64,000 nucleotides of DNA from Candidatus Iainarchaeum sp. (GCA_017610175.1 JAFCCO010000002.1:1-64000), one strand, 5' to 3'. Counted from the first letter of the stretch, positions 38,028-47,267 are shown. Translations and numbers: made by a program. Notes: generated by a model from the letters alone, not told the origin.

Positions 38028-39692
38028 ATGGCTAAAATTAAGGCAGTAATATTTGATTTGGACGACACTCTTTTTGATTGCACAGGGCAACTGGTTGAGG
38101 AGGCGAGAAAGAACGCTTCAAAGGCTCTTGCAAAAATTCTGCCTTTGGCAAGCGAGGGGGAAATTCATAAAAAGGCGGTCGCGCTCTACGAAGAGTTTGG
38201 ACCAAATTTCAATGTCTTTGATCGGATTTGCTCCGATTTTAATGCGGAGGACAAGGAGGCATGCGTTGACATTGCATTGCGTGCCTACAACAGTGACGAG
38301 GTAAAGAACATCTCGCTTTTTGATGACGCAACCGAAACCCTTGAAAAGCTGCGCTCCAAGGGGCTTAAAACAGTTATCATTTCCAGCGGAATTTACTCAA
38401 GGCAGCAGAGAAAGATTGAGCTTCTGAACCTCAAGCCGTTGTTTGACTTGATTCTGATTCACGATATTGAAAAGGGCGGAGTCTCCAAGGAAAAGCAGTT
38501 CCGGCAGGCTCTTGAGGAATTTTCCCTCAAGCCCGAGGAAGTTGTAAGTGTCGGTGACAGGATTAAAAGCGAGATAAGAATGAGCAACAAGCTTGGAATC
38601 ATAAGTGTGCGGATGCTGCACGGCCGCTTTTCAAAAATCAGGCCAAAAAATGACCTTGAGCAGCCTGATTTTGAAATTTCAAAACTAAGCGAGCTTCCAA
38701 AAATAATCCGCAAGGCTGCAAGGAACCAAAACGGTAAGCCAAGGGTTGTTGCAATTGGCGGTGGGACCGGTCTGCCCATGGTGCTAAGCGGCCTTAAGGA
38801 GTTCACCCCAAACCTTGCCGCAATTGTAACAGTCACCGACAGCGGGCGAAGCAGCGGAATGCTTCGTAAGGATCTTCATATTCTTCCGCCAGGGGATATC
38901 CGCAACTGCCTTATTGCTTTGAGCGATTCTGAGAAGTTGCTTCTTGACCTTTTTCAGTACCGTTTTGAGGAAGGAGGCCTTGAGGGGCACAGTTTTGGAA
39001 ACCTTTTCATTGCGGCGCTTACAAAAACAACCGGTAGCTTTGAAAAAGCAATTAAGCAGGTCGGAAAAATTCTTGCAATTAAGGGAAAGGTTCTTCCCTC
39101 AACGCTGCAGGACACACACATTTGTGCAGAGCTTGAGGACGGAACAGTTATTGAGGAAGAGTTCAATGTAAGAAAGCTTGGCAAGAGCCCGATTAAGAAA
39201 GTTTTTTTGAAGCATAAGGTTGAGCCTCTTGAGGAAACCCTTCGTGCAATTGGGGAAGCTGACCTGATTGTTCTTGGTCCCGGAAGCCTTTTCACTTCAA
39301 TTATGCCAAACCTTTTGGTTAAGGGAATTCCCACGGCAATCAGCAAAAGCAAGGCAAAGAAGGTTTACCTTGCAAACATTATGACCCAGCCGGGGCAGAC
39401 AGACGGTTTCTCCCTTTCAATGCATGTTGCGCAGATTGAGAAGTATTTGGGAAAGGGTGTGCTTGACATTGTTTTGGTGAATGCAAAGCAGCCAAGTGCC
39501 GAGCTTGTTGAAAAATATGAAAAAGAGAACGCTTCCATGGTTGAAAACGATTTTTGTAACCTTCCAAAAGGAATTAAGGTTGTTGAGGTTGACATGCTTG
39601 AAAAGGAAAGCAAGCACATTCTTTGGAACAAGCAGTATCTTTTAAGGCACGATCCGCAAAAGCTTGGAAACGCATTAATCGGCCTTGTTTAA
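38028..39692 (+). CDS. HAD hydrolase fused to YvcK/GlmR (UPF0052) domain
   Basis: N-terminal IFDLDDTL and VGDRIKSEI; C-terminal VAIGGGTG, PPGDIRNC, GHSFGNL, GPGSLFTS, RHD. Confidence 0.88.
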   Translation: MAKIKAVIFDLDDTLFDCTGQLVEEARKNASKALAKILPLASEGEIHKKAVALYEEFGPNFNVFDRICSDFNAEDKEACVDIALRAYNSDEVKNISLFDDATETLEKLRSKGLKTVIISSGIYSRQQRKIELLNLKPLFDLILIHDIEKGGVSKEKQFRQALEEFSLKPEEVVSVGDRIKSEIRMSNKLGIISVRMLHGRFSKIRPKNDLEQPDFEISKLSELPKIIRKAARNQNGKPRVVAIGGGTGLPMVLSGLKEFTPNLAAIVTVTDSGRSSGMLRKDLHILPPGDIRNCLIALSDSEKLLLDLFQYRFEEGGLEGHSFGNLFIAALTKTTGSFEKAIKQVGKILAIKGKVLPSTLQDTHICAELEDGTVIEEEFNVRKLGKSPIKKVFLKHKVEPLEETLRAIGEADLIVLGPGSLFTSIMPNLLVKGIPTAISKSKAKKVYLANIMTQPGQTDGFSLSMHVAQIEKYLGKGVLDIVLVNAKQPSAELVEKYEKENASMVENDFCNLPKGIKVVEVDMLEKESKHILWNKQYLLRHDPQKLGNALIGLV

Positions 39693-42600
39693 TGGTGCAC
39701 ATGAATTGGTGAGCCGCGCACTGCCTCTATCCTAATCGCCCTCAGTTTGCCGTCAGGCATTTTTAGGATTGTTTCATAGAAGGGCAGGTAAACATCAGTT
39801 ACACTTTTGACCACTATTTTCTTTCCAAGTTTTTGCAGCACATCTATTGCCCTTTGCTTTGGATAGCGCTCCATTTCAAGTGAGAGCGCTTCCGCCTTTG
39901 AAACAGGGAGTGTTTCAAGGCTTCTCAGTAGGGGATGCAGCAAATTGCGCGGCAGGTCAAGCTCTTTGTTGAGTGAATAAAAGTTTTGCCCGGCTGTTTT
40001 TTCCTTTGCGGCCAGTCCCTTTGCAACAAGGCTTTCCAGCGCCTTCTTTGAAATCATTTCGCTTTCAGCCATTGCCTTCACCAGCGCTTCAAAATCCCTT
40101 TTTTCCTTTTTGAGCAGGAACAGTGCCCTTATCTCGTTTTCTTTCAGGTCGTTTATCACCTGCAGTCCGCGGCTTTCCATAAATCTCTTTGTTTTTTGGT
40201 TGAAATGCAAAAATTCCCCTGTTCCCGAATCAAAGAACACTTCCCCCGTGTGGAACATGTTGTGGCTGTTGAACATGTTGAACTTTATCCTGTAAACAGG
40301 CAGGTGTTTTAGCGTAATCTTCTCAATTGTTTCCTCTATCCCAATCAAACCCAGGAATTTTTTCTTCCTTGCCTTGTTCATTGCCTTTCTTGCGGCCTCT
40401 TCGCTGAGGTTCACAGGGAACGCAAGCAGCTCAACAGGCTCGGGGTCAGGCAGTATTGCCTTGCTTTCCCTTGCAATTTCAATCTCAGGTTCTCCCGAAA
40501 TTTCATCAATAATTGATTCCTCGTTCTCTTCCTGCGGGAGGCTTAATGTGCTTGTTCTTGTGTCAAGCAGCACCCCTTTTTTTTCAAGTTCCTCAATCAG
40601 TTCGCCCAGCTGCAGGTTGCTTTTGTACTTTATGTTCAGTGATTTAAGCGAATCGTTCACAATTGTTGTTTCAAGCTTTCCGGCCCTTTCAACCTTTGCG
40701 TACATCAGCCCTGACGCAAGTTTCAGAACCTCTTCGTTTCCAAGTTTTATGCTTCTTTCAACTGTCTCAGCTTCCCTTCCCTCATGCTGTGACATCCTTG
40801 GCCTGATGCGCATTACAAATGCCCGGCTTGTCTCCTCCCTTCTGTCTCCTGTCAATCCAACTCCCACAGGGAGAGTCTTTACAAAGTTGCTGTTCTTGTA
40901 TCTCTTTGGGATAATTGTCGGAGTCCTCTTGTAAATTGCTTTTATGTCGTCGTCAAACACAAGCTTGTGTGATATAATAACGTCCAGCTGGCTCAAGACC
41001 TTTGTGTCAATTGCAGATGGCTGCTGTGTTGCAAAAACGAGGGAACAGCCAGGCTGCCTTCCCTGCTTTACATATTCAATAATCGGGGTTGAAGCAGGGG
41101 TCTTCACGTTTCCGCTTGGAATAAGCGTGTGGGCCTCATCAATAAATATCCATGTTGGCGGTATATCCTCCTCAAGCAGGCTGCTTGTTGAGGTTTCCTT
41201 CATCCTGTTTGCGGCTTCCTTTCTTGTGCTCAGCTTTCTTGCCGCCAAAACCCTTCTTGCAAGAATTCCTATAACAAGTGCCGAAACATTGTCCTCAAGG
41301 AATGAGGTGTCAATAATTGTTAGCTGGTTCTCCGAGCTTAGTTCCGAGAGAGGTGTTCCCCTTTTGTCAAACACGCCCCAGTTCTTTGCCGCGTCAAACC
41401 TTGAGGTTAGCGCCCTGATTGAGTCGTGCTTGTATCCCTTTTCCGCACTGTTCAGCTCCACATCGTTAATTAAGCAGAACACTATGTCGTCAAGCGAGAA
41501 GAGTTTTCCCTTGGGCTTTACAAATTTTCCTTCTTTTGTTTTATAGCCGCGCGCTACTTTGCCCAATGCTTTTTCCAAAAGCAGTCCGCTTGGTGAAAAC
41601 CTTTCAATTCCAAAGGTTAGGCACCAGTCCTCGGGCGAAAGCATTGAAGGGGGCAAACTGAATGTGTCGTCGTATGTTTTTCGCGGAACCTTGTCCTTCA
41701 TTCCCTGCGGGATGAACACTTTTAGGTTGTCCAGTCCCTGTGGCTCAAGCTCCCATTTTCCAAGCAGCTCGAGTTCACGCTGTTCCCTGTTTGGGAACCT
41801 CATGCTCCAAAAGACTCCGATTGGGTCTACAACAATCACTCCAACATTCTTGTTCTTCAGCGAAAGTTCCTCCGCCATAACCCCTAAAACGTATGACTTT
41901 CCCGAGCCCCTTGCACCGCACACGAAGACAACGTGCGGGTTCAGGCTGTCTAAATAAATGTTTTTGCCGCGCAACGTATCTTCATTAACTTTTCCAACAA
42001 ACAGCGAGGCCTCTGCCCCGTATTTTTTGTAAACGCTTGACTTTCTTCCAATATAAACCTTGTTTTCGTCCTCAGTGTCCTGCAGGAACTTTAGCTCGGG
42101 CTTTATTGGTGGCTTTTTTTCAACTGTTGGATTCTTTTCCTTTACTCCAACTTCTTTGGTTCCAATCTCGCGGTCAAACGGCAGTTCCTGCTTTTCAGCA
42201 GCATCCTTTGCCTTTGCAACAACAATTTTCCTAATCTTCTCTTTCACTGTCTCTTTTGGCATTTTTGGCTGTTCGGGTTCGGGCTCATCAGGCTCTTCAG
42301 GTTCCTCGGGCTCAAGTTCGTCCTTTTCTTCATCTTCCTGTTCGACTTCCTCTTCGGGTTTGGTTTCAGGTTTCGGCTTGGGCTCCTTTTTTGCCTTCAC
42401 AGCCTTTTTCTTCGCCTTCTTTGGCTCTTCAGCGGGCTCTACCCCAACTTCGCTCATTTCGGCTGCGCTTTGCTCTGGTTCTTCCGGTTCGTCCGGCATT
42501 GGAGGGCCTGGAATGTCATCGTCATCTCTGCCAACCTGCCCTGCTTCCTTTTTCCTCTTTTTCTTCTCCTTCTCAAGCCTTTCGCGTTTTTCCTCAATCC

Positions 42601-42718
42601 TTTCCTTCATTTTGGCTTTTGCAGCCTGCTTTTCAGCATCCGGGCCGAATGTCTCATCAAACATGTCTTCTGCATCAGGATCCTCAAACTCCTTTTCGAC
42701 GCGATTTTCCTCTTCCAT
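39689..42718 (-). CDS. HerA/DUF87-like ATPase with long acidic low-complexity N-terminus and extra C-terminal domains
   Basis: PHVVFVCGARGSGKS, VVDPIG, IFIDEAH, GRQPG, ATQQP. Confidence 0.85.
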   Translation of the reverse strand: MEEENRVEKEFEDPDAEDMFDETFGPDAEKQAAKAKMKERIEEKRERLEKEKKKRKKEAGQVGRDDDDIPGPPMPDEPEEPEQSAAEMSEVGVEPAEEPKKAKKKAVKAKKEPKPKPETKPEEEVEQEDEEKDELEPEEPEEPDEPEPEQPKMPKETVKEKIRKIVVAKAKDAAEKQELPFDREIGTKEVGVKEKNPTVEKKPPIKPELKFLQDTEDENKVYIGRKSSVYKKYGAEASLFVGKVNEDTLRGKNIYLDSLNPHVVFVCGARGSGKSYVLGVMAEELSLKNKNVGVIVVDPIGVFWSMRFPNREQRELELLGKWELEPQGLDNLKVFIPQGMKDKVPRKTYDDTFSLPPSMLSPEDWCLTFGIERFSPSGLLLEKALGKVARGYKTKEGKFVKPKGKLFSLDDIVFCLINDVELNSAEKGYKHDSIRALTSRFDAAKNWGVFDKRGTPLSELSSENQLTIIDTSFLEDNVSALVIGILARRVLAARKLSTRKEAANRMKETSTSSLLEEDIPPTWIFIDEAHTLIPSGNVKTPASTPIIEYVKQGRQPGCSLVFATQQPSAIDTKVLSQLDVIISHKLVFDDDIKAIYKRTPTIIPKRYKNSNFVKTLPVGVGLTGDRREETSRAFVMRIRPRMSQHEGREAETVERSIKLGNEEVLKLASGLMYAKVERAGKLETTIVNDSLKSLNIKYKSNLQLGELIEELEKKGVLLDTRTSTLSLPQEENEESIIDEISGEPEIEIARESKAILPDPEPVELLAFPVNLSEEAARKAMNKARKKKFLGLIGIEETIEKITLKHLPVYRIKFNMFNSHNMFHTGEVFFDSGTGEFLHFNQKTKRFMESRGLQVINDLKENEIRALFLLKKEKRDFEALVKAMAESEMISKKALESLVAKGLAAKEKTAGQNFYSLNKELDLPRNLLHPLLRSLETLPVSKAEALSLEMERYPKQRAIDVLQKLGKKIVVKSVTDVYLPFYETILKMPDGKLRAIRIEAVRGSPIHVHH

Positions 42719-42793
42719 TCTTTTATCCCATTTAAAATACGGAATTAAAGTATTTAAGGCTGATGTTTCCATTTTTAAGCCTGGCACGGGAAA

Positions 42794-43375
42794 TCAGTCA
42801 AAAAACTCTTTTTTTAGAATAATTTTGTTGGTGACACCGTAATCGTGCTTTTCAAGAATCCTTTTTGATTCAAGTCTTTTAATTACTCTGTGAACCTGCA
42901 CTTTGCTTAATCCTGTTTCCTTGGTGAGCTTGGACTGGGTTAATTCATATCCTGAGTCTTTTAAGGCTTCAATCACAGCATTTTCATCTGGAAGCAGCAG
43001 GTTTGCGGTGGCAGCCTGTTTTACGCTTTTTAGCTCCTTTTGCCTGATCAAACTCCAAATGGCCAACCCAGCCAAAATCGCAATAACTCCTCCTGCCAAA
43101 TAAACTAAATTTGTTGGGGAACATATGAATGCAATTGGGTCATAACCAAACTTTCTTGTTCCAGCAAACCCTTTTAGGCCGTCTGCGAATTGATTTAGGT
43201 CTGCGTTAACATCTGCAAACCCGCCTTTAACTGGGTTGAGCAGTCCCATCTTCCAAAAAGAGGAGTAAACTCCAAATGAAAGCATAAAAATGGAAAATCC
43301 TCCATAAAGGAAGCAAATAAGGGTTATTGCAACATATCTCTTCTTTGTTTTGAAATACGTTTCAGTTTGTTTCAT
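42794..43375 (-). CDS. Membrane-bound winged-helix regulator
   Basis: Two TMs, then LTQSKLTKETGLSKVQVHRVIKRLE...GVTNKI. Confidence 0.8.
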   Translation of the reverse strand: MKQTETYFKTKKRYVAITLICFLYGGFSIFMLSFGVYSSFWKMGLLNPVKGGFADVNADLNQFADGLKGFAGTRKFGYDPIAFICSPTNLVYLAGGVIAILAGLAIWSLIRQKELKSVKQAATANLLLPDENAVIEALKDSGYELTQSKLTKETGLSKVQVHRVIKRLESKRILEKHDYGVTNKIILKKEFFD

Positions 43376-43413
43376 GTTTCATCACGTTTCAAGGGGCTTT
43401 ATTAGTGGTTTCA
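43351..43413. promoter_or_regulatory. Cluster of GTTTCA/TGAAAC motifs, candidate operator
   Basis: GTTTCA at 43359, 43369, 43376, 43386 and 43408, plus TGAAA-N4-TTTCA, between divergent regulator and ABC genes. Confidence 0.4.
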
Positions 43414-43520
43414 CTCTGTTACACTAAAGATTATTAATGGTTGCGAATTAATATAAATTGCTCGCAAAAGTTGGCTGGCGCTAAATATAACTTTAGAAAC
43501 GGAATTTGGAAATGGTTTGC

Positions 43521-44231
43521 ATGGCAAAAACGGTTTTGGAGGTCCAGGGCATTTGGAAGGTATACCAAATGGATTCAATTGAGGTTCCCGCGTTAAGGGG
43601 GCTAAGCCTTAAGATTAAGGAGGGTGAATTTGTAGCCATTGTTGGCGCTTCTGGTTCGGGAAAATCAACGGTTTTAAACATCATTGGGGCATTGGATGTT
43701 CCGACGAAAGGGCTTGTTTTTTTGAACGGAATCGAAATCACAAAACTTTCCGAATCAAAGCTTGCCAGGTTAAGGGGTAAAACAATCGGTTTTGTTTTTC
43801 AAACATTTAATTTGTACCCCACCCTTAACGTGTTTGACAACATTGCCCTGCCAATGAAAATTCATGAATTTGACCCTGTCAAAATTGAGAAAAAGGTCAA
43901 CGGCTTGGCAAAGCTTGTCGGGCTGGAGCACAGGGTAAACCATTTGCCTGCGCAGCTTTCAGGTGGTGAACGGCAGAGGGTTGCGCTTGCAAGGGCACTT
44001 TCAGCCGAACCAGCCCTTATACTTGCAGATGAGCCAACTGGCAATCTTGACACAAAAACAAGCAGGGAAATAATGGGCTTGCTGGCTGATTTGCACAAAA
44101 AACAGGGAAAAACAATTATTCTTGTAACACACGAACCCAGCCTTGCGCAATATGCCGGGCGAATAATTGAATTGAGGGACGGCAAAATTTTGTACGACAA
44201 GAAAAACAAGAAAAAGGGCAATGTCCTGTAG
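43521..44231 (+). CDS. ABC transporter ATP-binding protein (LolD/MacB type)
   Basis: GASGSGKST, LSGGERQRVA, ADEPTGNLD, VTHE. Confidence 0.93.
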   Translation: MAKTVLEVQGIWKVYQMDSIEVPALRGLSLKIKEGEFVAIVGASGSGKSTVLNIIGALDVPTKGLVFLNGIEITKLSESKLARLRGKTIGFVFQTFNLYPTLNVFDNIALPMKIHEFDPVKIEKKVNGLAKLVGLEHRVNHLPAQLSGGERQRVALARALSAEPALILADEPTGNLDTKTSREIMGLLADLHKKQGKTIILVTHEPSLAQYAGRIIELRDGKILYDKKNKKKGNVL

Positions 44232-44237
44232 GAGGAA

Positions 44238-45710
44238 ATGAAAATGGAGAAAAAATTAATTATTTCAATTTTGGCGGTTTTTGCAGTGCTTGGTGCATTG
44301 CAGCCAGCATATGCGGTCACAGATGCTGCATATTTGCTTAAGGTTGAGAGCACAAGCTTTTTGCCTGAAACAATGTATGCAGGGGACGTTGCAAGCCTGG
44401 CTGTTAATGTTAAAAATGTTGGAAGCTCCCTGTCAGTCATCGGGCTGGAGGGGACCCTTGACATTGGGGACCAGTTCGAGCAAATTGAATTGAAGGACAC
44501 AATTCCTGTAATTGCAAAAAATACAAGTAAAACGCTTGTGTTTAGGTTTAGGGTAAAAGAAAACACTTTTCCAGGATACTACCCCGCATTTTTGACAACA
44601 ACCTATCTGAGGGAAGGGACAAATTTGAGCATCACGGAAACGCAAAGCATTACAATTCCTGTTTCAAAAACAGAGAAAAACCTTGACATTACTCTTTCCC
44701 CAACAGTAATTAATCCGGGAACCCAAACAGATGTTGTTTTTTCCATTGAAAACGTTGGAGGGACTCCTGCGTCAAACATCTTGTTTTTGTGGGGTGAGGA
44801 AAACAATTTAATCCTGCCTGTTGGTTCTGACAACAAGAGATATATTTCAATTATTCAGCCACACGAACAGGTGGAAATTTTGTACTCTGTTGCAGCAGAC
44901 CCAAATATTGCAACAGGAATATACCCGCTTAATCTGACAACAACTTTTACTGATGTTAACGGAACAAAAACCCAAACATCCCAAGTGGGGTTAATTGTTG
45001 GGGGCAAAACGGATTTTGAGATAAGTGCTGAAGTGCTCAACACCGGGCAGGTATCTGTCAGCATAGCAAACATTGGCTCAAACGACGCAGGTGCCGTTGT
45101 GGTAAGGATTCCGAACAGGGCGGGGGTTAGAGTGAACGGAAGCAGTACTGCAATACTTGGAAACCTGAACAAAGGGGACTTTACCATGGCAAACTTCCAA
45201 ATAAGTTCCCTGGGTTACGCCAAAGAACCAGTGTCCAAACTTAAGGAAACAACGCAACCAAAAAGCAATGAAACGCTGCAGCCGCGAAGCAAGGGAACCT
45301 TTGAAAAATCCGAAACATCCAATGTGCTGACTGTGGAAATTGACTACACAGACACCACAGGTGAAAGACAAAGTGTTGAAAAAACAGTGCAGTTGGCTTT
45401 TGACACAAGTGAACTATTGTCCGGAAGCAAATTGATTGGTGAAGCTGCATACGATAAATTCAGGCAAAAAACAAATCCCTTTGCATTGGCTCCGTGGGTT
45501 TTGCTTGTTTTGCTTGCTGGCGGTGCAGTGGCATTCAACAAATTTAAAGCCGGAAACAAGGCCCTGAAAGAGCTTGCAAAGCCGGTTGCGGTTGTAGGTG
45601 TTTTGTTCCTTGCAGTGATTTACATGTTCGGGTCGGATTTGATGGCTACGGCTGTTGCGGCAATAATTTCAACGGCATTGCTTTTATGGTTTTTTAAAGG
45701 GAAAAAGTGA
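44238..45710 (+). CDS. COG1361 S-layer-domain protein associated with the ABC system
   Basis: Signal peptide, repeated Ig-like (NVG/NIG) modules, C-terminal TMs. Confidence 0.8.
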   Translation: MKMEKKLIISILAVFAVLGALQPAYAVTDAAYLLKVESTSFLPETMYAGDVASLAVNVKNVGSSLSVIGLEGTLDIGDQFEQIELKDTIPVIAKNTSKTLVFRFRVKENTFPGYYPAFLTTTYLREGTNLSITETQSITIPVSKTEKNLDITLSPTVINPGTQTDVVFSIENVGGTPASNILFLWGEENNLILPVGSDNKRYISIIQPHEQVEILYSVAADPNIATGIYPLNLTTTFTDVNGTKTQTSQVGLIVGGKTDFEISAEVLNTGQVSVSIANIGSNDAGAVVVRIPNRAGVRVNGSSTAILGNLNKGDFTMANFQISSLGYAKEPVSKLKETTQPKSNETLQPRSKGTFEKSETSNVLTVEIDYTDTTGERQSVEKTVQLAFDTSELLSGSKLIGEAAYDKFRQKTNPFALAPWVLLVLLAGGAVAFNKFKAGNKALKELAKPVAVVGVLFLAVIYMFGSDLMATAVAAIISTALLLWFFKGKK

Positions 45711-45717
45711 CCAAACC

Positions 45718-46989
45718 ATGAGATTAAGTGACTCCATTAAGTTGTCAGCAAACAATATTCTGCACAGGAAGTTGAGAAGCTGGCTCACATTGCTTGGCAT
45801 TATAATAGGTGTCGCGGCAGTGGTCTCAATTATTTCAATAGGGGAAGGCGCGCAAGCAAGTGTGAGTGAAAAGCTTTCAGGCTTTGGGGCAGACGTAATT
45901 ACTGTCAGCCCGGGCTTCAGCAAGGCCAGTGCGTTTGCTGGATTTAAGCGGATTGGCAAAAAAATTGGCAACAGCGATGCATCCGGTGATGGGGACGAAC
46001 CGACTTTGACAAGGATAGACTCGATTGTACTTGCAGGAAACCCAAACGTTTTCCAAGTTTCCGAAACAGTTTCTGGCAGGGGCAATCTTGTATTCATTGC
46101 GGAAGAAAATTCTGTTGACATTCAAGGGATAAATCCGCTTGGTTGGCGTGAGACTTCCAATGCCGAGCTGGCTTCAGGCAGGCATTTGACGCCAAGCGAT
46201 TCAACTGTGGTTGTAATCGGGGACAGAATTGCCAACAGCATGTTTAGGCAACCAATTACTTTGGGGCGAAGGGTTGTAATTGAAGAGAAGCCGTTTACTG
46301 TGGTTGGGATACTTAAACCATCCGGAGGCGGCGGGTTTGGCGGAAACGATTCAACCGTTTACATGTCCCTTGCAAGTGCATGGGATGTAACAGACGTTGA
46401 AAAAAACACCTTTTCTCTGATTGAAGTAAAAGTGGTTGACACCGAATTTATTGAGGAAACAGTTGAAGAGCTCACCCAAGCGTTAATGCTTTCAAGAAAG
46501 GTAACTGAAGCAAACCAAAATTTCAGCATGGTTTCTGCGCAGGCGATTCAGGAGCAGGTCAGTTCTGTGGCCGAAACACTCACCCTGTTTTTGGGGGCAA
46601 TTGCAGCAGTTTCACTGCTTGTTGGCGCGGTTGGAGTGGCAAACAGCATGTTTACATCGGTTCTTGAGCAAACAAAGGAGATTGGAATACTGAAAGCCCT
46701 TGGTTCAACAAACAACGAAATTATGTGCATTTTTATGATTGAATCAGGGTTGTTTGGGCTGGCAGGGGGCACAATTGGGGTGCTTTTTGGAACCGCCATA
46801 TCTATCGGCCTTTCTGAGCTGGAGATAATTTCAATTCCCATGCTTAAAGGGGGCACAACAACCATTGTAACCCCCCAGCTGGTTATTATTGCAATTGTGC
46901 TGTCCACAGTTATTGGAATAGTTGCAGGGGCAATGCCTGCACGAGCGGCATCAAAGCTAAAGCCGGTTGAAGCCCTGCGGTATGAATGA
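45718..46989 (+). CDS. ABC transporter permease (MacB/FtsX family)
   Basis: RSWLTLLGIIIGV, EIGILKALG, PARAASKLKPVEALRYE. Confidence 0.93.
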   Translation: MRLSDSIKLSANNILHRKLRSWLTLLGIIIGVAAVVSIISIGEGAQASVSEKLSGFGADVITVSPGFSKASAFAGFKRIGKKIGNSDASGDGDEPTLTRIDSIVLAGNPNVFQVSETVSGRGNLVFIAEENSVDIQGINPLGWRETSNAELASGRHLTPSDSTVVVIGDRIANSMFRQPITLGRRVVIEEKPFTVVGILKPSGGGGFGGNDSTVYMSLASAWDVTDVEKNTFSLIEVKVVDTEFIEETVEELTQALMLSRKVTEANQNFSMVSAQAIQEQVSSVAETLTLFLGAIAAVSLLVGAVGVANSMFTSVLEQTKEIGILKALGSTNNEIMCIFMIESGLFGLAGGTIGVLFGTAISIGLSELEIISIPMLKGGTTTIVTPQLVIIAIVLSTVIGIVAGAMPARAASKLKPVEALRYE

Positions 46990-47022
46990 CTGTTTGAAGC
47001 CAAGCCAGCGCCTGCCGATAGC

Positions 47023-47030
47023 TTTAAATA
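47023..47030 (+). promoter_or_regulatory. TATA box of the trp leader
   Basis: TTTAAATA 25 nt before ATG 47055; same spacing as before the cimA uORF. Confidence 0.6.
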
Positions 47031-47054
47031 GATTGCTTGCACCAATTTTATTTG

Positions 47055-47090
47055 ATGACCTCAAAAGGCGATTCACTTTGGCTTCAATAA
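47055..47090 (+). CDS. Candidate leaderless trp uORF1 (MTSKGDSLWLQ)
   Basis: ATG at the expected transcription start; contains CTT-TGG; upstream of trpE. Confidence 0.45.
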   Translation: MTSKGDSLWLQ

Positions 47091-47115
47091 GGCCTTACCT
47101 GATTTAACTAGCCTT

Positions 47116-47172
47116 TTGAATGCAAATTCTAACCTAATTCAGCCATGGCTCTGGGCCTGGTTCACGCCGTAG
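47116..47172 (+). CDS. Candidate Trp-rich leader peptide uORF2 (MNANSNLIQPWLWAWFTP, TTG start)
   Basis: Three in-frame TGG codons at 47146, 47152 and 47158; the frame is open from 47059, i.e. the +1 frame of uORF1. Confidence 0.55.
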   Translation: MNANSNLIQPWLWAWFTP

Positions 47173-47194
47173 GGCAAAGCATTGGAAAAAAGTT

Positions 47195-47267
47195 GGGGTT
47201 ATAGCATAACCTGGTAGTGCAGGCGGCTCCAGACCGTCGGATCAGGGTCCGAATCCCTGTAACCCCA
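47195..47267 (+). tRNA. tRNA-Trp(CCA), intronless, atypical T loop
   Basis: Acceptor GGGGTTA/TAACCCC; anticodon loop CT-CCA-GA; T stem CAGGG/CCCTG with loop TCCGAAT. Confidence 0.9.

Noticed and set aside
47052-47102. Possible C/D box sRNA (TTGATGA...CTGA, 51 nt) upstream of tRNA-Trp
   Set aside because: No credible C'/D' boxes, and the guides do not match the tRNA-Trp anticodon arm. It remains a minor alternative to uORF1.
47150-47175. T-box riboswitch (TGGT could pair with tRNA ACCA)
   Set aside because: Lacks the UGGNACC bulge context and the stem I AG/GNUG motifs.
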